From Mobula hypostoma (lineage: Eukaryota), in contig NC_086097.1 in NCBI RefSeq assembly GCF_963921235.1, positions 216,630,001 to 216,694,000 on the forward strand: a DNA stretch of 64,000 bases, written 5' to 3'. Positions 27,678 through 40,482 of the stretch are shown piece by piece. The notes under the pieces were generated by a model. It saw nothing but the letters and a program-made list of their open reading frames with translations. It ran no database searches and was not told the origin of the DNA. Each line of letters begins with the position of its first letter. Positions within the stretch are counted from its first letter, which is position 1. The translations under genes were made by a program, and so were the position numbers.

Positions 27678-27923
27678 CAAACACGAGGAAATCTGCAGAT
27701 GCTGGAAATTCAAGCAACACACACAAAATGCTGGTGGAACGCAACAGGCCAGACAGCGTTCATAGGAAAAAGCACAGTCGGCGTTTCGGGCCGAGACCCT
27801 TCTTCAGGCCTAACTGAAAAAAATCAGTTAGTCCTGACGAAGGGCCTCGGCCCGAAACGTCGACTGTGCTTCTTCCTATCAATGCTGTCTGGCTTGCTGC
27901 GTTCCACCAGCATTTTGTGTGTT
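27678..27923. mobile_element. Short (~245 bp) fold-back Penelope-like insertion
   Basis: Arms of ~100 bp inverted about an A-tract at ~27820. Imperfect TSD TAGCTAAAATTAG / TAGCTGAAAATTAG. Confidence 0.9.
27830..27865 (+). ncRNA. Minimal type I hammerhead ribozyme motif, best-preserved copy
   Basis: AGTC-CTGACGA-A-GGGC-CTCG-GCCC-GAAA-CGTC-GACT: 4-bp stem I, 4-bp stem II, intact cores and GUC site. Confidence 0.85.
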
Positions 27924-27937
27924 TAGCTGAAAATTAG

Positions 27938-28285
27938 AATCAGAATCAGGTTTATTATCATCGGCATGTGTTGTGAATTTGTTAACTTAGCAGCAATTCA
28001 TTGCAATACATAATACAGAGATAAATAATAATAAGTAAATCAATTACAGTATACATATAGATTAAAATAGATTAAAAATCATGCAAAAGCTGAAATAATA
28101 TATATTTAAAAAGTAAGGTAGTGTTCACGGGTTCAATGTTCATTTAGGAATTGGATGGCAGGGGGAAGAAGCTGTTCCTGAATCACTGAGTTTGTGCCTT
28201 CAGGCTTCTGTACCTCCTACTCAATGGTAACAGTGAGAAAAGGGCATGCCCTAGGTGCTGGAGGTCCTTAATAATGGACACTGCC
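27938..28285 (-). mobile_element. Rex1-like LINE 3' fragment
   Basis: aatcagaatcaggtttattatc reverse tail followed by the reverse C-terminal coding segment. Confidence 0.78.
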
Positions 28286-28648
28286 AAGAAATATGGCAAA
28301 TCAATGGCAGCAGTTATATTCTCCTGCAAAGTGTAACCCTCATACTCCTCATCCCATCATTGCCATCAAGCCAAGGGCCCGACTGTCGTCTAACAAGGAA
28401 AGTAGAAGGCAATATAAGAGTACCAGAAGATTTACTTAAAAATGAGATGCCAACCCAATGAATCAAAACCAGTGCCACCAATTGACGTTGTAGAAAACTA
28501 CTGTTATATCACAACAAAAAAAATTTCAATCCACCTAATTACTATCCAAATAGTCTAAGCAGAGTTACAGAAGGCATAATAGTCTCTGCTCCAGACTTAT
28601 TATCGCCAGACTTAAATGCCACAGAGCTAGCCTTCAGCAGATGACATA

Positions 28649-29320
28649 CATAAGAACACAAGAAATAAAAGCAGGAGTAGGCCATTCGGCCCATCGAGCC
28701 TGCCCCACCATTCAATAACATCATGGCTGATCTGTCCGTTAACTCAGCTCCATCTACCTGTCTTTTCTCCATAACCCTCAATTCCCCTACTATGTAAAAA
28801 TCTATCTAACTGTATCTTAAATATATTTAGTGAAGAAGCCTCAACTGCTTCCCTGGGCAGGAAATTCCACAGATTCACCACTCTCTGGGAAAAACAGTTT
28901 CTCCTCATCTCCATCCTAATTCTTCTCCCCTGAATCTTGAGGCAATGTCCCTTAGTTCTAGTCTCACCTAGCAATGAAAACAACTTTCCTACTTCTATCT
29001 TATCTATCCCTTTCAAAATTTTGTATGTTTCTAAAAGATCCCCTCTCATTCTTCTGAATTCCAGAGAGTATAGTCCCAGGCAACTCAATCTCTCCTCATA
29101 GGTTAACCCCTTCATCTCTGGAATCAACCTGGTGAACCTCCTCTGCACTGCCTCCAAAGCCAGTATATCCTTCCGCAAGTATGGAGACCAGAACTGCACA
29201 GTACTCCAGTACTGCTTCACCAGTACCCTGTATAGTTGCAGCATGACCTCCCTGCTCTTGAATTCAATCCCTCTACCAATGAAGGCCAACATTCTGTTTG
29301 CCCTCTTAATATCCTGTTGT
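28649..29320 (-). mobile_element. CR1 3' fragment nested in the inverted Rex1 segment
   Basis: ORF 28744..29382(-) has QFWSPYLRKDILALEAVQRRFTRLIP...FSQRVVNLWN; tail at 28649. Confidence 0.92.
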
Positions 29321-31508
29321 ACCCCCGGTTCATCCACGGCTTTTGGTTTGGGAATGTACAGCAAGTCTTTGTAGGCACACACTCAGCCGCACAGGGTTCA
29401 ATGGAGTCGGTAACAACTGCAGCACACTCATCCAGGTTCGAAGATGAAGGCCTGAATATAGTCCAGTCCACCAATTCAAAGCAGTCCTGTAAGCACTCCT
29501 GTGCTTCCCTTGTCCATACCTTCTTGGTCCTCACTACTGGTGCTGCAGTCTTCAGTCTCTGCCTATACTCAAGGAGCAGGTGATCAGAAGTGGGGTCGTG
29601 GAATAGCAGGGTAGGCATTCTTGATGGTGGTGCAACAGTGGTCCAGTGTGTTGTTTCCTCTGGTATTGCAAGAGATCTGTTGGTGGTAATTGCTTAGTAA
29701 TTTTTTCAGACTGGTCTGGTTAAAATCCCCCAAAACGATGGTGAAGGCGATAGGGTGCACTGTTTCGTGCATGTTGATCCCACTGCTCATATCATCTAAA
29801 GCTTGAATGACATTGGCCTGAGATGGAATGTATACTACTACCAAAATGATCCCAGAAATCTCCCGCCGTAGGTAAAAAAGACGGCATTTTACTGCTAGAT
29901 ATTCCAGGTCTGGTGAGCAGAATTGGGACAGCACTGATATATTCCTGCACCAAGAAGAGTTGATCATGAAGCATACTCCTCCACCTCTGCTTTTGAGAGA
30001 CTTTATAGATCTATCCTGATAGCGTATAGTAATTACCTTGATCTCAATCGCTGCATCTGGTACAGAAGAGGTTAATCAATATTCCGTGAATCAAAGAACA
30101 CACACGGTCCAAATGACCCTCTGATTCAACACCCTAGCTCTGAGATCATCGATTTTATTCACCAGAGACTGCACATTTGCCAGCAAGATGGTTGGTATTG
30201 GGAGTCTAAAACCCTGTTTCCTTAAGCACACTTGTGTCCCTGACCTACAACCATGTTTCCTTCGTGGGATCTAGCAAGGAGTCCGTCCACGGTCAGCATT
30301 GTTCCCATCAGTTTTAAGCAGCATCAGTCTGCTTAAACACATTAAGACATCTTAGTTTACTGTACTGACCTTGGAATCAGTTGTGCTTTTTAAGCTATAT
30401 CAGGCTGAAACGAGAATATTCAATTGTATCCATTGAGAGTTCTGCTGCGACAAGTGTTGCCCCTAGGCATCCCGGAAATGACTCCAGGTCTGTACCAGAA
30501 CACCAGGTATGATTTGTGTAGGGCTATTTCAAGGGCGAAGAGACAACTTCGAACGAGGTTGGAGGCGACATCAGATGTATGACAATTCTGGCAGGGTTTG
30601 TAAGACATTACTTCCTACAAAGCAAAACTTAATAGCGTGAATGGCAGCGATGCCTCACTACCAGATGAACTCAATGCCTCTATGCCACTTTGAAAGGGAG
30701 AACACAACTATAGCTGTGAAGATCCTTGCTGCACCTGATGACCCTGTGATCTCTGTCTCAGAGGCCAATGTTAGACTGTCTTTAAAGAGAGTGAACCCTC
30801 GCAAGGTAGAAGGTCTCGATGGAGTACCTGGTAAGGCTCTGAAAACCTGTGTCAACTAACTGGCGGGAGTATTCAAGGACATTTTCAACTTCTCACTGCT
30901 ATAGGCAGAAGTTCCCACTTGCTTCGAAAAGGCAACAATTATACCAGTGCTTAAGAAGAATAATGTGAGCTGCCTTACCGATTATCGCCCAGCAGCACGC
31001 ACATCTACAGTGATGAAATGCTTTAAGAGATTGGTCATGACTAAACTGAACTCCTGGCTCAGCAAGGACTAGGACCCACTGCAATTTGCCTATCGCCACA
31101 ACAGGTCAACGGCGGTTGCAATCTCCATGGCTCTTCACACGGCTTTAGGCTACTTGGACAACACAAACACTTATGTCAGGATGCTGTTCGTCGACTACAG
31201 CTCAGCATTTTAATACCATCATTCCCACAATCCTGACTGAGAAGTTACATAACCTGGGCCTCTGTACCTCCCTCGCAATTGGATCCTCGACTTCCTAACT
31301 GGAAGACCACAATCTGTGCGGATTGGTGATAACATCTCCTCCTCGTTGACAATCAACACTGATGCACCTCAGGGGTGTGTGCTTAGTCCACTGCTCTACT
31401 CTCTCTATACCCATGTGTGGCTAGGCATAGCTCAAATACCATTTACAAATTTGCTGATGATACAACCGTAGTTGGTAGAATCTCAGATGGTGACGAGAGA
31501 GCGTACAG

Positions 31509-31707
31509 CAGTGGTCCCCAACCACCGAGCCGCGAGGAAATGATACAATTTGGCGATATGGAACGATAGGAGTCAGTTGCACCTTTACTCATTTCCTGTC
31601 ATGCCCACTGTTGACTAACACCATCCCCACCCCCCTGGTCAGCCAGTCTGCAAGAATATTGTCAATATTAAACTGGTCCGCGGTGCAAAAAAGGTTGGGG
31701 ACCCCTG
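31509..31707. mobile_element. hAT (Charlie-like) MITE, 199 bp, nested in Rex1 RT
   Basis: TIRs CAGTGGTCCCCAACC / GGTTGGGGACCCCTG and an 8-bp TSD GCGTACAG / GTGTACAG. Confidence 0.9.
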
Positions 31708-32530
31708 GTGTACAGGAGCGAGATATGCCAATATGTCAACTAGTGGATTGGTGTTGCAGCAACAACCTGGCACTCGACATCAGTAAGATGAAAGAGCTGA
31801 TTGTGGACTTCAGGAAGGGCAAGATAAAGTAACACATACCAATCCTCAGAGGGATCATAAGGAGTGAGCACTTTCAAGTTCTTGGGTGTCAAGATCTCTG
31901 AGGACCTATCCTGGTCCCAACATATCGATGCAATTATAAAGGCAGCAAGACAGCAACTATACTTCATTAGGAGTTTGAACAGATTTGGTATGTCAACAAA
32001 TACAGTAAAAAACTTCTATAGATGTACCATGGAGAGGCTACATCACCATCACTGTCTGCTATGGGGGAGTGGGGGTGGCTACGGCACAGGATCGGAAGAA
32101 GCTGCAGAGGGTTGTAAAGTTAGTCGTCTCCATCTTGGGCACTAGTTTACAAAGTACGCAAGACATCTTCAAGAAGCAGTGTCTCAGAAAGGCAGCATCC
32201 ATTATTAAGAACCTCCAGCACCCAGGGCATGCCCTTTTCTCACTGTTACCATCAGGTACAGAAGCCAGAAGGCACACACTCAGCGATTCAGGAACAGCTT
32301 CTTCCCCTCTGCCATCCGATTCCTAAATGGATATTGAATCCTTAAACGTTACTTCACTTTTAAAAAAAAATATATATTATCTGTTTTTTGCACAATTTTT
32401 AGTCTATTCAATATACGTATAAAGTAATTGATTTATTTAATACTATTATTTTTTTCTTCTACATTATGTATTGCATTGAACTGCTGCTGTGAAGATAACA
32501 GATTTCATGACACATATTGGTGATAATAAA

Positions 32531-32659
32531 AACAACAGGAATTCTGCAGGTGCTGGAAATTCAAGCAACACACATCGAAGTTGCTGGTGAATGCAGCAGG
32601 CCAGGCAGCATCTCTAGGAAGAGGTGCAGTCGACGTTTCAGGCCGAGACCCTTCGTCAG
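32531..32659 (-). mobile_element. ~130-bp Penelope-like 3' terminal fragment containing a hammerhead core (32628-32663)
   Basis: TSD GATAATAAA at 32522-32530 and 32660-32668. Minus strand TC-CTGACGA-AGGGTCTCGGCCT-GAAA-CGTC-GACT. Confidence 0.85.
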
Positions 32660-32869
32660 GATAATAAACCTGATTCTGATTATGGTCCTAAATCCGAAGA
32701 TGTACAAAGTAGCTAAGAAGAGATTGTCTGCCTTTGACATCAAATCAAGATCGAATCAAGGGTACCTTCAAGGAGCTCTGGCAAAACAGTAAACAAAAAT
32801 TACAGAAAACCTAATCTACAAAACCTCTCCTTATAACTCAGACCAGCCCACTCTGCAGATCCAGGCAGT

Positions 32870-33230
32870 ATCCCGATAAAATGTTCTGCATTCTTTCTAG
32901 CTTACAAAACCGTCTTCCTCTCCCACGGTGACCAAACTGCATACAGTTCTACAAGCGAGACTTCACCAGTATCTTGTATAACTGCAACACAACTTCCCCA
33001 CTCCTATATTCAGGCCCGAACCAATGAAAGCCAGTATGCCAAACACCTTCTTCACAACCCTATCTACCAGTTACACTTCTCTAAGATATATGCATTTATA
33101 CTCCTAAGTCCCTCTGTTCCATGACACTCCCCAAGACCCTACTGTATTAGTCCTACCCTGGTTTGAGCTCCTAAAATGCAACTACTGCATTGAAAGCAAT
33201 TTTCCAATCCTCAGCCCACACAGCTACCTG
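32870..33230 (-). mobile_element. Diverged CR1 fragment
   Basis: Reverse of the CR1 segment around QFWSP and the dnaeILGFI-type region (ggtgaccaaactgcatacag, ccaatgaaagccagtatgcc). Confidence 0.65.
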
Positions 33231-33234
33231 ACCA

Positions 33235-34975
33235 GAATCAGCATTGGGATTAATATCACTGGCATACATCATAAAATCTGATGTGATTTGGCAGCAGTAC
33301 ACTGCAATATATAATTAATCTATATACTACTAAAACTCTCATGCTCTGTCTGTTTGTGACCTCCAATTAGCGCAAACGGTGCATTACAGTGGCACTTTTT
33401 TTGGCTAAATTGAATTCAAATGCGCTAACTTACAGAATGCAGGCAAAGTTCAGGGTTATATATTCATATAAAATTGCTCATTCGCCAAAAATCAACAGGC
33501 TGGCTTTCACCCGAGACCCGATCGACCATCATGGGAATTAGGACGCGACAGCCCGACGCATGCGCACGGCCAGCCTCAGCAGTGACACCTCCCGCAGCAA
33601 AAGGGCAGGGCAGCTCTATTTCCAGGGGTCACATTCTAATCACCATCAGCATGTGCAGGATCGGGACAGATCAAACTGCCATCCATCAATAAGAGATAAT
33701 TAAATCTTATTGTAATGACGTACTCTGAGACACCCATAAAACCCTTTGCTGCAGTCAAAGGACAGCGGTGACTATATCACATCCATTTAGGAGAGCGCCA
33801 ACCACATCATCAAGAATAATCAGCATCCTTTGGTGTTACTGCTTCGTATCTTCTATCCAGCATTAGGGTAAAAAAAATGGTCAGCCTAATTATGCCGCAT
33901 GGAAAGGGAAAGGGGACATTATGGTCAAGAGATGACGACAAATGTCGTCGGGAAGCAGCAAGGAGAGGGATAGAACAAGAATTGGATGAGGCCAGGGCCG
34001 CACAACTCCAGGATTAAACAGTTGGGATAAAATAAGATGACAGAAGAAGAGACAGAGGAGGAGAGGCATGCATGTCTCCAGGATCAGAGACTAAGAATAA
34101 ACAGCAGAAGAGTTGAAGAGACAGAGAATGAAAGGACTGCACGTTTCCAGAATGACAACGAGAAGCACAAAGGTGGCAGACAAACCAGAAATGATGCCAT
34201 CAAAAGTGTCCTTCGTTAAATGAGGAGCAGCTATATTTGCTTTGCTATGCACTGTTCTTCTTTAATAAACTGCGGTTTTCTACTTTAGTTTCCAAAGCAA
34301 AGCAATAGCAATAGCATTCAGGAAAATGTAATGTTCATTCTGTTCACATCAGACTGCACTACCCTTCTCTCAAAAGGTGTCCCAACAGGTCACCCCGTTG
34401 TCTATTAAAAACTAAATTTACAACAAGTCTACTTATTAATAAAGTTAAATTAAATTAGTGCAAAAATAAATAAAAAATAGTGAGGCAGTATATGGGTTCA
34501 ATGTCCATTCAGAAATCTGATGGTGGGGGGATAGAAGCTGTTCCTGAATCGCTGAGTGTGTGCCTTCAGACTCCTCTACCTCCTCCCTGATGGTAGCAAT
34601 AAGAGGGCATGTACTGGGTGATACAGGTCCTTAATAATGGATGTCACATTTTGAGGTATCCTTCCTTGAAGGTGTCCTGGATGCTGGGGGGGCTAGTGCC
34701 CATGATGGAACTGACTAAGTTTACAGCTTTCTACAGCTATTTCAATCCTGTGCATTTCCAACACACAGCACCCCCCACCATACCAGACAATGATACAGTC
34801 AGTTAGAATGCTCTCCACAGTACACCTGTAGAAATTTGCAAGTGTCTTTGATGACATACCAAATCTCCTCAAACTCCTAATGAAATATAGCTGCTGTTGT
34901 GCCTTCTTTGTAACTGCATTGATATGCCGGGCCCAGAATAGATCCTCAGAGATGCTGACATCCAGGAACTCCTGG
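33235..34975 (-). mobile_element. Rex1-like LINE 3' fragment interrupted by a Helitron remnant
   Basis: ORF 34693..34986(-) has ISEDLFWARHI...QQLYFIRSLRRFGMS...NFYRCTVESILT; reverse tail at ~33235. Confidence 0.85.
33319..34405 (+). mobile_element. Internally deleted Helitron-like element
   Basis: 5' A|TCTATATACT. 3' hairpin CAACAGG-TCAC-CCCGTTG then CTAT|T (CTAG with one change). Inserted between A and T without TSD. Internal ETEEER..L / ETENERTARF repeats resemble the N-terminal repeats of Helitron proteins. Confidence 0.7.
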
Positions 34976-36677
34976 TAATTTTTCATAATCTTCTACAATT
35001 CCAATACCAGCTGTTTTAGCATCATGTGCAAACTTCATAATCATCTTGTACATTTACATCCAGATCATTTATATAGATTACCAACATCCCAGCACACCAC
35101 TAGACACAGGCCTCCAACACTCTGCCGCTTAGCACTTTGCCTACAGTGAACCTAATGAGTTATACCACCCCCCCCCCCCGATTTTGGTGGCATGCCAAAT
35201 GCAGATTCTACTTAAGCTAATGTGTAAAGTTTAAGCTATGTATCTTGTAACTGTAGGTGTTAAATGGAATGACAATTTATCTTCATTTTCACTGTCTGAT
35301 ACTCAGCCAGGTTGTGGTCCATCAAAAAAGTAACAGGTTTGGGTTAGTCACACATCTCAAATGCTGCAATTTATTTACGGCAGCTACTTAACTTGCCTCC
35401 GATCCACTTCAACTAAACTGAACAAAAGTATGCAAATTTTGAAAGGCATGGTTAAGAGGATCCCCAGCAAATGTAAAAAAAATCTAGTAGGTCGAACAGC
35501 AAATACAGAAAAGAAAATTATGCGACGATTTTAATTAGATGATTAGCTTTGAACACTTAATTGATGTGCAACATTATCTTTGCTTCATTTTCCATGAATG
35601 CCACATGACTATTTCCAATATTTGTTTCTCAGATTTCCATCCATGTAGTATTTTACTTTTGTTGAGGTTAAATTAAAAATCTTCCAATAATCTTGCATAA
35701 GGGCCTAAAAAAGAACTGCACATAAAACTGCGAACTACCCTCAAATTCCAGATATGTTCTGAGGTTTCCTTTTACAGAGGCTTTGCAATTACCTGGAAGT
35801 GTCTTCTTCAGAATAACCAAGATGTTAAAAATGATAAAAAGTTGAAAGCCCTAAATTCAATGTTTGAACTGATTCACAGCTTTCCTCTTGAAGGAAGTAT
35901 ATTTCATTCAAAATGTCATGTGTACCCGTAGCTAATCCCTCGTTATTCCGGTTGGGAACCAGTGCTTAAATTTATCCCTAACTTCCGACTGCATAGGTGA
36001 CTTTGCTTTGCATATGACACGATTTTGCACATTAACTGTATGGGACCACAACAGTCATATGCAAAGCGGAATAACTAAGACAACCAAAGGTGTCTACCAA
36101 AGGGCACAGGAATGGGCACTCCACTTACCCGACATTTGATTGGATATTGTGTCAATCAAAAACCACTTCAGGGAGACCATCCCCACCTCCTACCTACATT
36201 GTTACATTCCAAACCTATCCCAAATAACAGATAATATAATTGAAATCTGATTCACTGTTGCAAAATTGAATGTATCATTGATTTTCAATGGTTCATGTTA
36301 AAGTTTATCCCTTTAAGGAATATTCAAGTGACCTTGCTTCCTTCCATTAAAGCCTCTGTTGGAGGTTAAGCCAGTACTGATTTGTAGCCTAGTATTAAAC
36401 TTACAGAGCTGTAACTGCGTCAAAATATGCACTGCATTGACACCACTGCTGTGGGTTCAACGTTGCTCATGTATAGGAATGTCACTTGCAAGGAAATGTT
36501 TGGTTCAAAGTTGCATTATGCTCTTTTCATACTGGGAAATGTTGATTGCAATGGCACATAAAAACCAACAAATGCAGTTGAATTTCCAGACCACAACCAA
36601 TTTGAATATAGCATACTTCAATATTTGATGTTCTCCCATACTGTTACGATTACACAGGAGCAAAGTCCTTTCCAGTA

Positions 36678-39208
36678 CAGGCTTCCCCTGCTATCCAAAG
36701 GTAGAGCATTCCTATGAAACCGTTCGTAAACCGAAATGGCGTAAGACGAAGAAGCAATTACCATTAATTTTTAATGGGAAAAAGTTTTGAGTGTTGCCAG
36801 ACCCAAAAAGATAACCTACCAAATCATACCAAGCAGCACATAAAACCTAACACAAACATATAGTAAAAGCAGGAATGATATGATAAATACACAGCCTATA
36901 TAAAGTAGAAATCATCGTTGCAGCACTGTCAAGCATAGCGAAAATCTCACGCAAGCGCTCTTGGCGGAAGCACTCTCTCCAGTAACCTTTAAGCTATGAA
37001 GCTGCTATCGCCTCAAAAACCGATCAAACCACCCATGACTACCTTTAAATTCCACTTTCACAAAAATGTCTTTCATTTACAATGGAAACATTTTTGCTTG
37101 TTCCCAGGTCCGAAAAATAACCTACCAAATCATACCAAATAACACATAAAAATACACAGCCTATATAAAGTAATAATGTACGTACAGTGTAGTTTCACTT
37201 ACCAGAATTGGGAAGACAGCGAGCACACTGATGATGGTGTGTTAGGCTGAGGTTGCTGTGGTGGGAGGTATAGGAGTCTGGTCACTAACATCTTCTATGT
37301 CTGCCTGCCTCGATGTCGAAGGCCGAGGTTCGTCATCTGCTGTAGCTGATGCGGAAGGTTTGAGAAACGACAGTATGCTTGACTGCTTAGCCTCACACAT
37401 TTTTCTATCATACAGTTCTTTGTAAGCAGTCAAACCATCCTGCAAATATGTCCGAAACCTACGTGCCCTTTCAAAATTAAAGTCATACTTTTCTGTAATC
37501 ATTGCAGCGATGTCAATCGCAGCGAAAATCGCATGCAAGTGCTTCATGTTCAGTTCCTGGACGACTTCACTTTCGGGCTGTTCGTTACCACGTTCGGTTT
37601 CCATTCGTATCCTTTCCCCTTGCAATTTCATCAACTCTTCATCTGTCAGTTCTTAGTCATGGGATGCCAAAACCTCTTCAACATCATCTTCGTCAACTTC
37701 CACAAACCCAGCCTCCTTAGCCAAAGTTACTATTGCCATATTTATTGTTGATGGTTCGAAGCCTTTAAAATTGTTCACTGCTTTGGGACACACGTTTCCT
37801 CCAAACGCCATTTCTCAGCGAGACTGTTAGCTTATCGAGAGCATCTCCAAGGTTGGCAATTGCCAATTTTATATTGTATTCTTTCCAGATCTCTTGCAAA
37901 GACGCTTCAGAGTTGCCCTCTCTGTCAATGGCACTTACAATAAAACGCATGACATTTTGTGTATAGTAAGCCTTAATTGTGGCTATTAGGCCTTGGTTGC
38001 ACGGCTGCAACAACGATGTCGTATTCGGTGGTAAGAACGCAACACAAATGTTACCACCATACTTGGTAATGCCAGGTGGATGAGCAGCACAATTATCGAC
38101 AATCACAAAACACCTATTATCGAAGTTATTTTCTCTACAGTACTTTACAACAAAAGGACTAACGTATTCACTTATGTACTCAGAAAAAAATCCCTTGGGT
38201 ATTCCCACCGCTTGGATGTGAACGGAACACAACAGGAAGTGTATTCTTATCGACATCTTTAAGTACCCTTGGATTTTCTGAATGGTACACTAGTAGAGGC
38301 TTAAGGACAGCATCACCAGTAGCATTAATAATAAGCATTAGGGTAAACCTGTCCTTCGATGCTTTGTGTCCCTTAGCCTGCTTTTCTGCTATCGAAAAGA
38401 ATATCTTGCTCGGCAATTTTTTCCAATAAATTGCAGTTTCATCACAGTTAAACACCTGCTTATATGAATAACCATCTTCTGTAATTATTTTCTTCAGTTC
38501 TGCTGGGAACGTTTCGGCAGCTTCACTATCAGCCGAAGCACTCTCTATGAAGCTGCCCTCGCCTCAGAAACCAATCAAACCACCCATGACAACCTTTAAA
38601 TTCCACTTTCACAACACTTTCATCACCATCATCCAGTGCTTTCTGTTTCAGCTTATTAAAAAGACTGACTGATTTCTCCTTAAGTATAAGAAAATTTAAC
38701 GGAACACCATGCTTTGTACACTCATCAATCCACTCAAGCAATAGACTTTCCATTTTATCCATTATTGGATGCCGACTAAGAGACCACTTTGCCACGAGCA
38801 GAACCAACAGTAACATCGGCAGCTTTCAAAATCCTTTCTCTCTGTGTGTAAATAGTGCGAATGGTGGACGCAGGCAAGTTCAACGCGCGGACAATGTCCT
38901 TACTTCATTGACTATGATCAAAACGCTTAATTAGGTCCAGTTTTACGCTAAGCATAACACCCTTACGAGCTCTTTTAGGCTTTTCTGATACCTTAGAACA
39001 CATCTTGCTAACGATGCACAAAATAAATCGAGATAAAGCACAGATGCTCATAGACACGTGTTTAAGCTATGGTGGCTAGAATGCAGTTCCGGGGGAGGGG
39101 GGGGAGCTTGGCTGCTTTTCTCGTAAAAGCGAAAACAGGTAACTAATGTAGGTCTTTTGTAACAGCGAGCTGTTGTAAAGCGAACGTTCAGAAAACAGGG
39201 GCCACCTG
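36678..39208 (-). mobile_element. Full-length degenerate Tigger/pogo DNA transposon
   Basis: TA|CAGG...CCTG|TA ends. CENP-B-like HTH (MESLLLEWI...FKGCHGWFDWF) and catalytic motifs FNCDETAIYWK, IVDNCAAHP, FLPPNTTSLLQPCNQG across frameshifted ORFs. Confidence 0.93.
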
Positions 39209-39466
39209 TATTGTGTCAAACTGGCTACCTGTCAGAATTCCCTACCAATAATCTGTAGCTGACCAGTGAAGAGAAATATCACACTCTAACTCTATTACTA
39301 TTACTAAAGGGAATTTTAAAATATTGTGATTTTTTTAAACAAATAAATTTACACAATTATAAACATTTCTAAAATTCTAACCATCAAATACTTTTAATTC
39401 CAAGGAATTAGGACAAACATTATTACACGACTGATCATTGATAATGAAGTAACATTTCAAACTCAC

Positions 39467-39618
39467 CATGGCTTGGCCACTATAATTATCATCCAGTATG
39501 CAGAGAGAATCCACAGAAGGAATACCACGAAATAAATGACCTGATCGAAAATATCTTTGAAAACTTAACAACCTTTTTATCTTCCTTGCTGAAGCCAAAT
39601 CTCCGGTTTCTGGTGGTA
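39467..39618 (-). CDS. PDE7A: PDE7A coding exon (exon 4 equivalent), 152 nt, PPETGDLASARKIKRLLSFQRYFRSGHLFRGIPSVDSLCILDDNYSGQAM
   Basis: tttttttttggaag|TACCACCAG...GCCATG|gtgagt. Lies inside ORF 39377..39646(-) and resembles human SARNIRRLLSFQRYLRSSRFFRG...LDDDYNGQAK. Confidence 0.95.
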
Positions 39619-40214
39619 CTTCCAAAAAAAAAGAAGTGCATAACAAAGATTAATACATATATCACTTATGATGGATCACAGTACTACCCTATATTGACTT
39701 TAGTTGTAATAATCAAAAGTTGGGTTCATTAGATTATGCTGATGTCACCTTAATTTGCTAAGACCATAAATGGTCTTTAAAATATTCCACGATTATCACA
39801 AATTTCATAACCCTTTACATTAATATCATTCCCCTCAGACTAATATTATGGATTGCAGAAGGCAACTTCAATGTTCTGGACTAGCCATACTCTCTCAAAA
39901 ATCACAGACTGCCTAGAAATTCAACTACACTCTAATAAAGGTGAAAAACAACTATTCTGGTTTTTGTTCCACAACATTAAAACGTCAATCAAACAAAACA
40001 ACATTTTGCACTTTCTGTATTTACAAATGTGGCTTAACCCTCCACTCCCAAAGGGAAGTTCAGAATATAAATCAAAAGCACAACTGCCGCACACTGCTTT
40101 TCACTTTCATACCTCAAAGTATTTGTTTTGAAATTATCTGTATGGTTAGCTTGCAAAATAGTTTTTCACTGTAAATCAGTGTACTGTATTTTAGAATAGT
40201 ATCTGTATCTGTAT

Positions 40215-40482
40215 CTGAAGGTCGTGAGTTCGAGCCCCAGCCGAGGCAGCGTGTTGTGTCCTTGAGCAAGGCACTTAACCACACAGTACTCTGCGACGAC
40301 ATTGGTGCCAAGCTGTATCGGCCCTTGCCCTTCCCTTGGGCAACATCAGTATCATGGAGAGGGGAGACTTGCAGCATGGGCAACTGCTGGTCTTCCATAC
40401 AACCTTGCCCAGGTCTGCGCCCTGGAGACTGAAGACTTGCCAGGTACAGATCCATGGTCTCGCAAGACTAACGGATGCCTTT
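40215..40482 (+). mobile_element. 5'-truncated tRNA-derived SINE
   Basis: Pol III B-box-like GTTCGAGCC followed by gtgtccttgagcaaggcacttaacc, a common vertebrate SINE segment. Confidence 0.65.

Larger units (their letters stand above)
28602..32680. mobile_element. Near-complete Rex1/Babar LINE with inverted 5' half (APE on minus 28602-30483; RT and 3' end on plus 30484-32680)
   Basis: Minus: ILLANVQSL, VVVYIP, LGDFN, NTLDHC, SDH, NQKPWMN, AFKSGD. Plus: [67 protein letters not shown]. Confidence 0.92.

Noticed and set aside
39619..39646. Non-canonical acceptor for the 152-nt exon
   Set aside because: It is an AAG acceptor after a poly-T tract, less common but canonical, and the frame is preserved.
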